A stretch of 64,000 nucleotides of DNA from contig OX597817.1 in the NCBI GenBank assembly GCA_951406725.2, positions 108,128,001 through 108,192,000 on the forward strand, read 5' to 3'. Both the position numbers and the translations under genes were made by a program. Under the pieces are notes generated by a model. That model was not told the origin of the DNA and did no database searches. It was given only the letters and a program-made list of their open reading frames with translations. Below are positions 48,345-62,175 of the stretch, in pieces; within the stretch, counting starts at the first letter, position 1; each line of letters opens with the position of its first letter. Source of the stretch: Octopus vulgaris. Lineage: Eukaryota.

Positions 48345-48649
48345 ACTATGCATATATGTATGTATGGATATATACATGTATATATATACATGTATGTATA
48401 TACATGTATGTATATATATACATGTATGTATATACATGTATGTATATATATACATGTATGTATATATATACATGTATGTATATATATACATGTATGTATA
48501 TACATGCATACATATACACATACATGTATATACATGTATGTATATATATATATATATATATACATGCATACATATACACATACATGTATATACATGTATG
48601 TATATATATATATATATATATACATGCATACATATACACATACATGTAT

Positions 48650-48707
<58 letters not shown>

Positions 48708-48725
48708 GCATACATATACACATAC

Positions 48726-48762
<37 letters not shown>
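48119..48762. repeat. TA-rich micro/minisatellite with TATACATGTATG units and a 60-bp higher-order repeat
   Basis: 48501-48560 is repeated exactly at 48561-48620 and nearly again from 48621. Confidence 0.95.
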
Positions 48763-48765
<3 letters not shown>

Positions 48766-49029
48766 GGTTCTCACATGTAATGAATTGAAAACCTTTGATT
48801 GCCCTACTGTAGGAAAACATAGTAGGTTATATTCTGAATTACTTTATTTTATCCCACCCACTGCTGAAAAATAAGGAAACTTCAAAACAAAAAAAAAAAA
48901 TAAAGAAAGAATTAACAATATCAATTAAGCAAAAAAAAAAAATCCACTTTATAATCAATATTCATTTCTCATCAGATGTTATGTAGAATATATATTTTTA
49001 AATACCTCTTTGTTGCTGTTGTTGTTATT

Positions 49030-51440
49030 TACGAGGATAGATTGGCAGAATCATTAGAGTGTAGGACAAAATGCTTTGTGTTATTTGTTCCAACTCTTTA
49101 CATTCTCAGTTCAAATCCTGCCACAGTCAACCTAACCTTCCATCCTTTTGAGGTCAATAAGCTAAATCAATAAATCAACCCTAGTCACATACTAGGGGTT
49201 GATGGTATTGACTTACCTACTCTCCTCAAAACCTCAAATCTGTTGGCATTGTGCCTAAATGAGAACCCATTTTTATTATTGTCATTATTATTTCAAATTA
49301 GCAAATTTGGCAACCTAGTTTTGATTTCCCGGTTATACCTCTCTAATTGACTAACATCACTAAGGCCTTCGGTAAAGGCAGGAACAAGCATCACACACTC
49401 TCATCTATAACCTTTTCTATTATAAATATGTGGCCTTGTACCTAAGTAAGAAATCCCAAGTCTGAAAATAAAATGGGATAGTTTTGGCTGGTATTTCTTT
49501 ATTCATAGTTGTCCCCAATCAGGCAGCAACTATGTCCTAAGTTAGAAATTATTTTGTTAAGTTCTGAGATAAATTGGGAACATGAGGAATCTTCAATGCA
49601 AATTCTGTTCTTAGTTGGAACCAGTCCCCTACATTTTACTTATTTTTCCAGTACCTTTAATTTTGGGCAAGGCATGTGGTGATTTCCAATAACCTTGAAG
49701 CCCCACTAAAAAATATATTAAGTGTCATAGCTTTGTAAAAAAAAAAGAAAAAAACATTATTACAGTAGTCAACATTTGTACTTAAATTGTGGAGGCTACA
49801 ATCCAGTTTCAACATATTGTATTGTTCCAGAAAGAAATGTATAAAAGCCAGTATTTTTCATCTCCTCTTTTAAGGTTTGATAACTGATTAAAAACTAAAA
49901 TCTATTATATTACTAATACCATTATCATTATTATTTTTGAAGTTTTACTAATATTGTAAATATTGTGGAGGAAGATAGATTGGTAGAATTAGTACAGCAG
50001 TAGGTAAAATGCCCCGAGGTATTTCATTTATATCTCTTTATGTTTTGAGTTCAATTCCTGTTCAGTATTATCACCCTCTAGAGTAATGGTTTGGCAGAAT
50101 CAGTAAAGTGAAGGACAAAATACCTTGAAGTATTTCGTCATGTTCCCCTATGTTTTGAATTAAAATTCCCTTTGAGGGTAACATTTTCTTTTATTTTACT
50201 TATATTTGTAAAATAAATCACCAGTCAAGATTATAACACTAAGATGTTATGATTGACTATTTCTTTCATTTAAATTTTGTATTTGTATTTTTGAGCCTCT
50301 AATTAGATTCCTGTGTTGAACCTCCAACAGGGTGCAGGACTGGTTTAGCAGGTTATGTTCCATTCCTTTATGTTCTGAGTTCAAAACCTGCCATGATCAA
50401 CTTTGCCTTTCATCTTTCAAGGGTCAATAAAGTAAGTGAGAGTTAAGTATTGGTCATGATCTAATCAACAATACTGTTCTCTCTCTCTAAATCTGAGTCC
50501 TTGTGCCTATGTCAGAAATCATCATCATTATAATCAATATTAGCATTATAATGAGTTAAAAGACAAACAGAGGTTGGCAAAATTTGTAGAATGGTCAACC
50601 ATAGTATATACCATGTAGCCATGTAGTATTTAGCTATATCTCTTTATGTTCTGACTTCAAATCCTGCTTTGGTCATCTTCGCTTTTCATTCTTTTAGGGT
50701 CTATAAAATAAAGCACCAATCATGTACCAAGATAAATTTAATTGACTAACCCTACCCACCAGATTTCCGACTTTGTGCTTGTGTTAGAAACTCTTGTTAG
50801 TAAGTAGTTGTTATTAATTATAATATAGGTAAAGGCAGTGAGCTGGCGGAATTATTAGCATGCCAAGTAAAATGCTTAGCAGCATTTCTTCATTCTGAGT
50901 TCAAATTCTGCTGAGCTCAACTTAGCCTTTTATTTTTTCGGGGTCAATAAACTAAGTACTAGTTTAGTGCTAGGGTCAATGTAAACCCCAAAATTGCTGG
51001 CATTGAGCTAAAATTTGAAACTATTAATTGTAATATAGGCAGATTGGTTGACAAACCTCAATACTGTGTGGTATTTATACAGATCTCTTTACACTCTGAG
51101 TTTAAAGTCTGCTGTAGTCAACTTTGCCTTTCATCCTTCTGGGAGTCAATAAAATAAAGTAGCAGTTAAATACTGGGGTCAATGTAATCAACTAACTTCA
51201 TCTCTCCAAATTCCTGTGCCTATGTTAAAAGTTATCATCATCATTAAAGCAGTGAAATTAGAGTCAACAAAATGCAGGACAAAATACTATATGGTTTTTA
51301 TTAACATCTCTTCTGAGGATAATTTTTGCCTTTTATCATTCTAGGGGCAATAAAGATATTATTACCAGTCAAGAACTGGGGGTCAATTGAATGGACTACT
51401 CCTTTTAAAAAATATTGTGGCCTTATGCATATATGTTAAA
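49030..51440 (+). repeat. Cluster of about 8 same-orientation degenerate family-A SINEs
   Basis: TTGGCAGAAT..GAGTTCAAAT..CTTTCATCC units at about 49040, 49980, 50090, 50340, 50570, 50835, 51045, 51250. Confidence 0.75.
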
Positions 51441-54283
51441 AATTATCATTATTACTACTACTACTTATGTTATCAACTCATCTGTCATTTTCATCATCAT
51501 TCTCATAATAATTATGGGTTTTATTAATCATTTATATATATATATATATATCAGGATTTCTCCACACTTTCTCTCTTTGTTACTTTTCCTCTAATATAGA
51601 AGAAAATTTATGAAACTAACCAGATTATTTTTTTGTCTCATTTGGAATGTATAAAGACTCCAGGAATTGTTATTTTACAATAAAAAGGAAGAAACACTAT
51701 TCACTGTTTTTTATTTTATATTCTTGATGAATTAGCTGAGATATACTTTTGTGGCATTAGAAGTAATGCTTATTTTTTAAAATTTCCTTTTTTTTTGTCA
51801 TTGACAAGTGTTGAGTCACTTGGTTAAAAACTGGTACATTACAGTTGCAGCTACATAGAAAAACAAATGGCAAAGAAGGCCTAACAGGATTAAAACTTGG
51901 AGATGTGTAATTCAATCTTGGATGATAAAAATTAATTATGATCAAAGATGAGCAACCATATTGTTTTCTAGATTTATACTGATCCCCTCAGGGAGATCCA
52001 ACTTTCTGGCTTCCACCTTCAAGAGAAATTGAACTCAGCACAGCAGTCTGTACACATTTGTATGTATGACTCACTCTCTCATGAGCAAATGACAGAACTT
52101 TTATGTGGTTGATTGACCTATAAGAATTAGCTCCTTCAATCATATCTAATCATCTTAATGGAAACACCGAATAATATGCTATTGCAGCAAATTGGCAACA
52201 CAGTACCTGAAGAATTTTGTCTCCCCACCCTGATAAAGGTCAAAAATACCAAAACAAAAATGAGCTCAAGGAAAAAAGACTGCAGTGTATTTGTGCATGT
52301 GTACAGCTAAGTGAGAAGCAGTGCCAAGTTCTGATTCTTGGCAATCTGAGTTGAAATCCTGCTGAAGTCAACAATGTCTTTCATCCTTTTGAGTTTGATA
52401 ATAAAAAAAAGGTACCAGTTGAGGGTGAGGGAGTCATAGAACTGTTAAAGCAATGTCTTACAGTATCTGTTTTGGTTGTTTGTGTCAAGATACCAAGCTG
52501 TATTGGCCCTTATCTTTCCCTTGGATAACATCAGTGACATAGAGAAAGCAGATTTGCATGTATGGGTAACTGTTAGTCTTTCTCAAAATAAACCTGTGCA
52601 TGCAGGTGCTGGTACATAAGTGGCCTTCATCAACGAAGACCTTAGGATAACAAAGTCCAGGATATACAGTACCAGAAAGAGTTGGTCACAGATGGAATAC
52701 TTGTTGATTATAAGCTTATTTAAGAACTGACTTGAGGGTAAACAACAATTGGATTTCCCACCTATTGTCAATAACACATTATTAAAAAAATGCTTTAGTG
52801 ATTGTAGCATAAACATTCTGTAGGTTTAGATGATGGTTTTTAAATGCTTATAAAAGTAAACAAATTCTGATCTGTTTTTACAACTTACTTTGTATCCCAG
52901 ACCAAGCCAAATGTTACTCCTCTGAAGATTCAGATTTTTGAGCATCTACTTCCCTAGCTGAGAGGGAATATTCATGAAACTTCATCAATTTGCTCACAAT
53001 TAAATCATTCATGCCATATGGAAATTATTTACAGCTAAATGGGCGTTGCCATTTGACAGCTGCCTCTCTTTTTAACAAATATAATGCAGTGCCAATGAGA
53101 AGATTTCAGTTTCCATATCAATTTTCTGATTATTGATATATTTAAACCAATACTAGAAAGAAATTAGCTCTCAAATCTATGCTAACTCCACTGTTATGGA
53201 GTTTAGTTTGCTAGCTAAAACAGGGGACTAACATATCTAAGGAAATAGAAATTTTTACAAAAAATATGCTGAAGTCCATCAGTATAACAGTAGAAAAAGC
53301 ACTGATTTTGAATAAATATTTCATTAAATTTTCTTTTTGTAAATTGACCAGAATGTTGATGAATAAACCTTCATGAAGCAAAATGACAAAGATGATAAAG
53401 TTATTGTTCTACCTGTGTTTTGTAACTGAATTCCTATTCAATTATAATGAAGTTCTTTCAGTACTTAGACAAAATAATTTATTTTAATTACTTCACTTTA
53501 CTTAAGTGTCTGTCCCCCACTCATTGCTTAACAACTGGTGTCAGTTGGTTTAATTTGCAGTAACTTAGTGGTCCTACAAAAGAGACTAATAGAATAAGTG
53601 CCAAATTTATTTTTTTTAAAAGTACTGGAGTTGATTTTTTCACACATAGATTACAGCTATGCCTTCAGGGTGATGTCCAGCATGACCACAGTCCAATGAG
53701 AAATGTGATGGGCTTCTTTCAGTTTCATTAAGGCATTGATAAACCTATAACTATAGTAGCTGACATTTGCCCAAAGTGCCACAAACATGGACTGAACTCA
53801 ATTTATCCAAGGTACCTGTAAGGGCAAATTTACAGACCATATCCTAAAATTAATGGTTATGCTTTAAAATTTCTGGAAACATGTAATTCCATAACCTGAG
53901 GTAGCTGTAACAAAGAGGATATCTATTTAAGTATATATACTCTTTTACTTGTTTCAGTCATTTGACTTTGGCCATGCTGGAGCACCGCCTATAGTCGAGC
54001 AAATTGACCCCAGGACTTGTTCTTTGTAAGTCTAGTACTTATTCTATCAGTCTCTTTTGCCGAACCGCTAAGTTACGGGGATGTAAACACACCAGCATCA
54101 GTTGTCAAGCAATGTTGGAGGGACAAAGACAGACACACAAACATATGTATATACATATATACAACGAGCTTCTTTCAGTTTCCATCTACTGAATCCACTC
54201 ACAAGTCTTTGGACGGCCTGAGGCTATAGTAGAAGACACTTGCCCAAGGTGCCGGTGCAAAGGACACATTACATGTCTTTAAC

Positions 54284-54891
54284 TGCTACTAATAGTTTGA
54301 TTTTGAGAAATATCTCAAACATATTCTTCAGACATAAACCACATATCATAACAAACTAAAAAGATTGAATAAGAGAAGAAACATGACAAAAACTGAGAAG
54401 GTAGCATGTAGGAAATGTAGAAAGTAAAAAGGGAAAAACGAAAACACAAAAACTAAAAATGTTAAATAAAGATAAAAGGGTTGTCCTCCTTAGACCTTAA
54501 ACTATAAGGCTGGAAAGATATCAACAAGTTAGTCAGGAACAGGCGGAATTTTCCAGTTCTTCAAAATATATTATACATATGCTTGCAATCACTGAAAATT
54601 TCTGATCCTGAGTTCAGTAGAGAGTTAAGGATCTTAGATCTGAACATGAAAATTCCGCCTATTCCTAACTTGCTGATATCTTTCCAGCCCTATAGTTTAC
54701 GGTCTAAGGAAGATAACCCTTTTACTTTTTACATTTTAGGTTTTTACTTGTTGCATTTTCTATATGCTGCCTTCTCAGTTTTTTTGGCGTTTCTTCTCTT
54801 ATTCGATTTTTTTTTAGTTCGTTATGATACGTGGTTTGTGCCTGAAGAATATGTTTGAGATATTTCTCAACATCTGAAAGTATTAGTAGCA
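54284..54891. repeat. Large palindrome with hammerhead motifs at the outer ends (Penelope-like)
   Basis: Arms about 54284-54559 / 54642-54891; GTGC-CTGAAGA-stem-GAAA-GTATTA-GTA-GCAT at 54838-54892. Confidence 0.8.
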
Positions 54892-55207
54892 TTTATCCTT
54901 TAAATAAATAATGTTTATCTCTCACCAGATGGAGTACTTTTTGTGCTGAATTTTCTATCATGGAACAGCACATTAAATATATATATATATAATGTACATA
55001 CACACACCATTCAAAGGCTATATATTGTAATTTCATCTGAGATAAAATCTCTTACAAATGCGCAGTGTTAAAAAAATAATAAATCAGAGGAAGTTGAAAA
55101 ATTGACCTCGCAGTAACAAAAATGCTAGATACATTTCTGCCTTGTCAATGATGTGTACTTGCAGTCACATGCTTTACTAAAATCAGTTACCTGTGATATA
55201 GAAAACG

Positions 55208-56640
55208 TCATCATCATCATCATCTTCGTTTAACGTCCACTTTCCCTACTGGCATGGGTTGGACGGTTTGACTGATGACTGGCGAGCCAGAAGGCTGCAC
55301 CAGGCTCCAATCTGATCTGGTAAAGTTTCTACACCTGGATGACCTTCCTAATGCCAACCACTCCAAGAGTGTAGTGGGTGCTTTTACGTGCCACTGGCAT
55401 GAAGGACAGACAGGCGGTACTGACAACGACCATGCTCAAATGGTGTTTTTTACATTCCACCTACACAGAAGCCAGTCCAGCGGCACTGGCAATGATCACG
55501 CTTGAATGTCGTTTTTCCCATGCCACTGGAAACAATCACGCTCGAATGGTGCTTTTTACGTGCCACTGGCATGGAAGCCAGTCAGCAGCCCTGGCAATGA
55601 TCATGCTTGGATGGTACTTTTAATGTTCCACTAGCACAAGTGCTAATCAGGTGGTACTGTCATTGTCCATGTCAGTGATTTTGATTTCACTTGCCTCAAC
55701 AGGCTTTTGCAAGCAAAGTTTATTATCCAATGAATGACGGGTACTCATAAGTGGGCTGGTTATACACCACTGGCACAGGCCACGGGTTATGGTCTCACTT
55801 GGCTTGCTGGGTCTTCTCATGCACAACATATCTCCAAAGGTCTCGGTCACTAGTCATTGCCTCGGTGAGGCCCAATGTTAGAAAATTGTGCTTCACCACC
55901 TCATCCCAGGTCTTCCTGTGTTTACCTCTTCCACAGGTTCCCTCAACTGCTAGGGTATGACACTTTTTCACACAGCTGTCATCATCCATTTGCAACACAT
56001 GACCATACCAGCACAGTTGTCTCTCATGCACACCACATCTGATGGTTCTTTTCTTTTCTCTCAGAGTGCTTACACTCTGTTCTGGATGCACACTGACATT
56101 GCACATCCAACGGTGTATACTGGCTTCAATCCTTGCAAGCTTACACATGTCCTCAGCAGTCACGGACCATGTTTCATTGCCATGTAGCATGGCTGTTTGT
56201 ACGTGTCATACAGTCTATCTTTTACTCTGAGCGAAAGGCCCTTTGTCACCAGCAGAGGTAGGAGCTCTCTGAACTTTGCCCAGGCTATTCTTATTCTAGC
56301 AGCTACACTTTCAGAGCATCCATCTAGGTAACAGAAGCTATCAACTACTCGTTTTTCTCCCTGAAATGTGACGGAAGCTGTTCTCTGCACATTTTCAGTG
56401 TTTATTGTTCCTGAGCATTTGCCACATACAAAAACTATCTTCCCAGTTAGCCTTCCTTTGATATTGCTGCACCTCTTCTATGACCACAGCTTACACTGGG
56501 TACATCTTATGGAATTTCTACCTCCGCTTTTTCTACAGATCAAGCAGGGCTATCTACCTGAAGGGATTTGTGGTTTGTCTGCCTTCCTACTTATTAAAAC
56601 TTTGGTTTTTGCTAGGTTGACTTTAAGGACCTTCAATTCT
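55208..56640 (-). mobile_element. 5'-truncated RTE-clade LINE (RT C-terminal half plus 3' UTR)
   Basis: LKVNLAKTKV..VVDSFCYL..RIRIAWAKFREL..MLHGNETW..WYGHVLQMD..GRGKHRKTWDE; tandem units; (GAT)n tail. Confidence 0.9.
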
Positions 56641-56879
56641 TTTTTGTTGCAAGGGACAACGTTCTATATATAATTGTTTATAACTCTGTTTTTTCTATGA
56701 GGTCTTCCTTCATTTCTCAATAAAGAATGAAAGCTGTCTCCTTCATTTCTCAATAATTCGTCATACTTCTTCAAATTAGTTTCGTTTAGTTCAATTTCTC
56801 TAACTTACAGTATATTTGCTGTTAGACTCTTGCCAGTTACTGCAGCGTAACTGCCTGCTGGTACTTGTCTTCCTTCCAT

Positions 56880-59003
56880 AATATTATCCACAACTTCACC
56901 CATAAATGGGGAAGAAAAATAAAAGTTCGAGCAACAATGCAGTAATATAACAGTTTAACAATAACAAGACTCACATGGAGTGAACACACCTCAAACGCAG
57001 CAGGGAATCAAATGACTTGATACAACACTAACGACAACGTCCTCAGCCCCACAAATCCATGACAGTCCTGACCACCAGGATAAGTACCCTCACCACTTTG
57101 ACTACAGGCACATGTTTCGAGTAGGTCCATTCACTCAGGTCATTTTTGCAACATTCATCAACCTTTTAACAAAATTGTTGAGGGGCAGAAGTTTCCTCTC
57201 CACCCTCACTTTACTTTTCAAGTGAAACTTGAGAAAGTTGATTGGTGCTCAGCCTATCAGTTTAGCTGTCTGCATTCCCTCCAACAGTTCTTTGTACAGT
57301 CTTTTGTTGGTTTTGGTTGCAAAATTTCCTACCCCATTGGGGTACTTGTTTTTTAAGGTGTTGTATGTGTTTTTTGATGTTTGGATGAATGTTATGTGTC
57401 TTGATGTGATAAAGTCTGTGTGGTTATATATGTAATGCATTAAGTTTCTATCATTCATATTCACTGCTGTGTAGTTTATGGTGCTTTGCTCCTGTTGCTG
57501 GACTAGGCAATGTATGGGTTGTGTGTGTGAGAAGGGTTGAGCTTGCAATGGTGGTTGTAGTAGTAATGGGGATGTTGTTAGTATAGCTGCACTTGGGGTT
57601 GGCATTTGAGCACCGTTGCTCAAAGGCATCTCCCCTATTTGTTCATCTCTTTTGTTTGGCTGCTTCTGTTTCTCTGTCTTCTATTTGGTTTGCGAACAGT
57701 TTGCCATTTCGGCTCAACCTGCTCCTCCTCATTGCAGGATACATCTGATTGGTCTGAAGAGAAGAAGGGGCACATTCTGGAGTTGTTCTAGTGACTTGAA
57801 GTTGTTGTTGTTGTTTCTGATGTTGTTGGTGGGGTGGCTGCTACTGTTGTGGATGTTGCAGTTATTCCTGCTGTTGCATTCAACTGCTTTCTTTGGTGCT
57901 GCTGTCTCTGGTATTGTTGTTGCTTTGGTGGTAGTGCTAGTGTTGGCTTGAGATGGTTTGTCTCCTTGCACAGGTGGCATCTCAGCCCTCATGCCCACAA
58001 CAGCTACATGAAGTTTTGTGCCATCTGACAGGGTTATATAGTCTGGTATAGCCTCTATGTACGAGGAGCTGCATCTCTTGACCTAACCAGCTGTGCTTCT
58101 CTATTCGCTGTATTTGGAGAATATTTGTTTTCTCTTCTATTTCAAAGAATATCACAGCTACCAACCAGCAAATATTGATCTCTGGTGGTATATTATGTAT
58201 ACCACCAGATACCTTGGACACTCTTCAGCCAAGGTATACTGGGATCAAGATTAGTTCATCACTGGTTAAGGAAGTAGTGGAATGATGTTTGGCCTCTTTC
58301 TCCAAGCCAAATCCCATTTCAATAGACCCAAACTTTTTACCCTACTGCTCCAGACTGGATGCAGGCATTTTTCTACTTGCTGTTGTGTAGCCTGTTCCAC
58401 CTTCCTGCTTCTTGTGCCAAACACTTTATATATAATCGTCCGCAAATTTGTACTTTGCTGGACAGATGCTAGTACATTTAGTTGGATCTTTCTCCCAACT
58501 TTTCTTAGCATATTTCTGGAACCTTTATACTCATCCTCATGCAAAACGACCTCCTTGCATGTTTCTCTTGTAGCTGCTGCAAACACTGTACTCTTGGGTA
58601 TGAAACTTTCATCTTTTTCATTCATTTGTTTTTCTTAAATAAGTTTGTAGGTTGTCGCTGGTTTGCTGCTGCCATTGGTGGAGGTGGTGGGAGCAGAGGT
58701 GACAAAGTTCTCAGAGGTGCTGTTGGTATCTACCTTCTATGCGATGGTAGTGTTGGTTGTCATTGTTGCTACCACCTTCTATGTCTTGTGGCATAGATGA
58801 GGTAGCTTGGCGGGCAGAAACAGAAAGACACTGATTCTTACCTGCAACTGCCACTCTCTCTTGTTGTTTGTTTGGTGAGGAGAGCTCCACCATATTGATA
58901 TTTGAAGAAAAAATTTTCAAATATGAAAACTTTCCATTCAAAATTTTACCCCTTAGAGCAGACTTGCAGGAGCAATGCACATCTGTTGAGACACGACCTA
59001 CCA
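56880..59003 (-). mobile_element. L1/Tx1-like non-LTR element with decayed ORF1 and almost no ORF2
   Basis: IHNIPPEINICWLVAVI (RRM-like), IPDYITLSDGTKLHVAVVG / RCHLCKETNHLK (zinc knuckle, frameshifted); after the ORF1 stop at 57249, INFLKFHLKSKVRVERKLL..NVAKM resembles an ORF2 C-terminus. Confidence 0.6.
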
Positions 59004-59260
59004 AAAATAATAATCTTTTCTTCTATAGGCACAAGGCCTGAAATTTGAAATTTGGAGGAGGGGGATAGCTGATTACATTGACCCCAGTACTCAACTGGTG
59101 CTTATTTTATTGACCCCGAAAGTCAACCTCAGTGGAATTTGAACTCAGAACATGAAGACAGATGAAATGTCACCAAACATTTTGCCTGGCATGCTAACGA
59201 TTTTGCCAGCTCACCGCTTTGAATAGTCAAAAACCAAAAAAAAAATGATAATAATAATAC

Positions 59261-60547
<1,287 letters not shown>

Positions 60548-61259
60548 CTTTCTTGTATCAATGTATTCATGAGTAAATTAGGTACTCCTTTGAAACGGAT
60601 TCACCACAATTATGTTAGGCATATGGTATTTCTCCTGTATTACGAATATGTTTGTGAGTGGTTAAAAAACTTCTTTGATGGGAATGATTTGGCACATATA
60701 TAGATTCTTTTATCTTGAATGAACATGTTTCTGGGCAGGATGCTTACATTTTTGATGATGGGATTTTACATCTACCACAGTGGTATGATGCTTTTTACCT
60801 TTTTTCATTCAGCATTTCATCAAGAAATTCAATCTTTTCTAATGTATTCTCACTTTTAACATTTTTCTTTCTTGTTTAAAAACAATATACAGATATTTTT
60901 CCTTTTATGACAATATCACCTGCATCTGAAATAAAAGAAACAGCATAAGATATAGAGGATATTCAAATAGTATTTGCTATATATCTACAGTAAAAGACTA
61001 GATATAAACCTTTAATCAATGTATCAATCTATCTTTATGGCAGAAAAACGTGTGTGTGGTGGGGGGACACACCTGAGTAGGTGTGCTGAGTTTTGGAGTA
61101 GCTGTCACTATCTCATCGGGAAGGAAACAGGCGTGAAAGTAAACATTTAAACTTTGGAGGAAAAAATATTCTTTTACAATTGTGATCCCCGTTGTATGAG
61201 ACAGGGATACTAAAACATAGAGGAATCCTTAATCTCAGTCAAACTGGAATACCTACAGA

Positions 61260-61780
61260 TTTGGTTTCCTCATAACTTTCAGAAAAATGGATATTTTGGA
61301 TGAAACTTTATACAAATACGAATCAGATGGTGCAGATTATGATTATATAGGAATTTAATGTCAAAAATCTTTTTTCCAAGGATAGGGTAAGGAGTTTCGG
61401 AAATTTCACAGATCAGCTTTGTTTCCCTAAAACTTCCAGAAAAAATGAAATTTACTACAAATAACTTCGGCGGAGGTAAAGAATACGTACACCACCGGTT
61501 TTCGGCGTAAGAGTAACACTAAAGTGTATAGATTACGATTATGTTGGAATTTAATATGAAAAATAAAATTCAAGTTTCATTTTGTAGATAGATGTAATGT
61601 ATATCAGTATATTGCGTACGAGCCCAACAATTTTTAAAACTGTTTATTTATTTATTTATTTTTCTATCAAATTTCGATATAATCGGAATACACACCATCG
61701 GAAGCGTATTTGTAGAAAATTTCATTAAAAAATATCAATTTTTCTGCAAGTTATGAGGCAACAAAGTCGGCGGGGCATAA
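61260..61780. repeat. Unclassified interspersed repeat in both orientations
   Basis: AACTTTCAGAAAAATGGATATT..GAAATTTTCTACAAATA motif at about 61275, 61710 (rc), 62850, 36060 (rc), 36235 (rc). Confidence 0.55.
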
Positions 61781-61964
61781 ATTGTGTAGGTATGCTGCCA
61801 ATTTCATGTCTCTTTTACTTCCCCATGAGATAGTGATAATTTAAAAGTACATATACGGCACGTATTTATTTGCAGAGTCCACAAATTCTTGGGCAATGTT
61901 TCGTTTGTCGTAGCACACGTTTCCGTCGATTGTCGATTTCCGTAAAAAATGTAAACACTGAATC

Positions 61965-62175
61965 AGCCATACATACATACATACATACACACACACATAC
62001 ATAGATACATACACACACACATACATGCAGACATACATATACACATAAACCGAGTAAAAAATTACACTGAATCGGCCATACATACATACATACATACACA
62101 CATACATACATAGATACATACACACACACATACATAGATACATACACACATAGATACATACATATACACATACAC
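61965..62175. repeat. (CATA)/(CA)n microsatellite with duplicated CCGAGTAAAAAATT and ACACTGAATC.GCC units
   Basis: Directly visible. Confidence 0.85.

Noticed and set aside
44008-48820. Long YI/CVYM-rich ORFs (44008-44351, 48249-48820; also 61841-62171)
   Set aside because: Translations of TA/CA microsatellites.
52230-52256. Weak hammerhead-like CTGATAA-A-GGT..ACC-AAAAC
   Set aside because: Two core mismatches and no stems I or III; could be chance.
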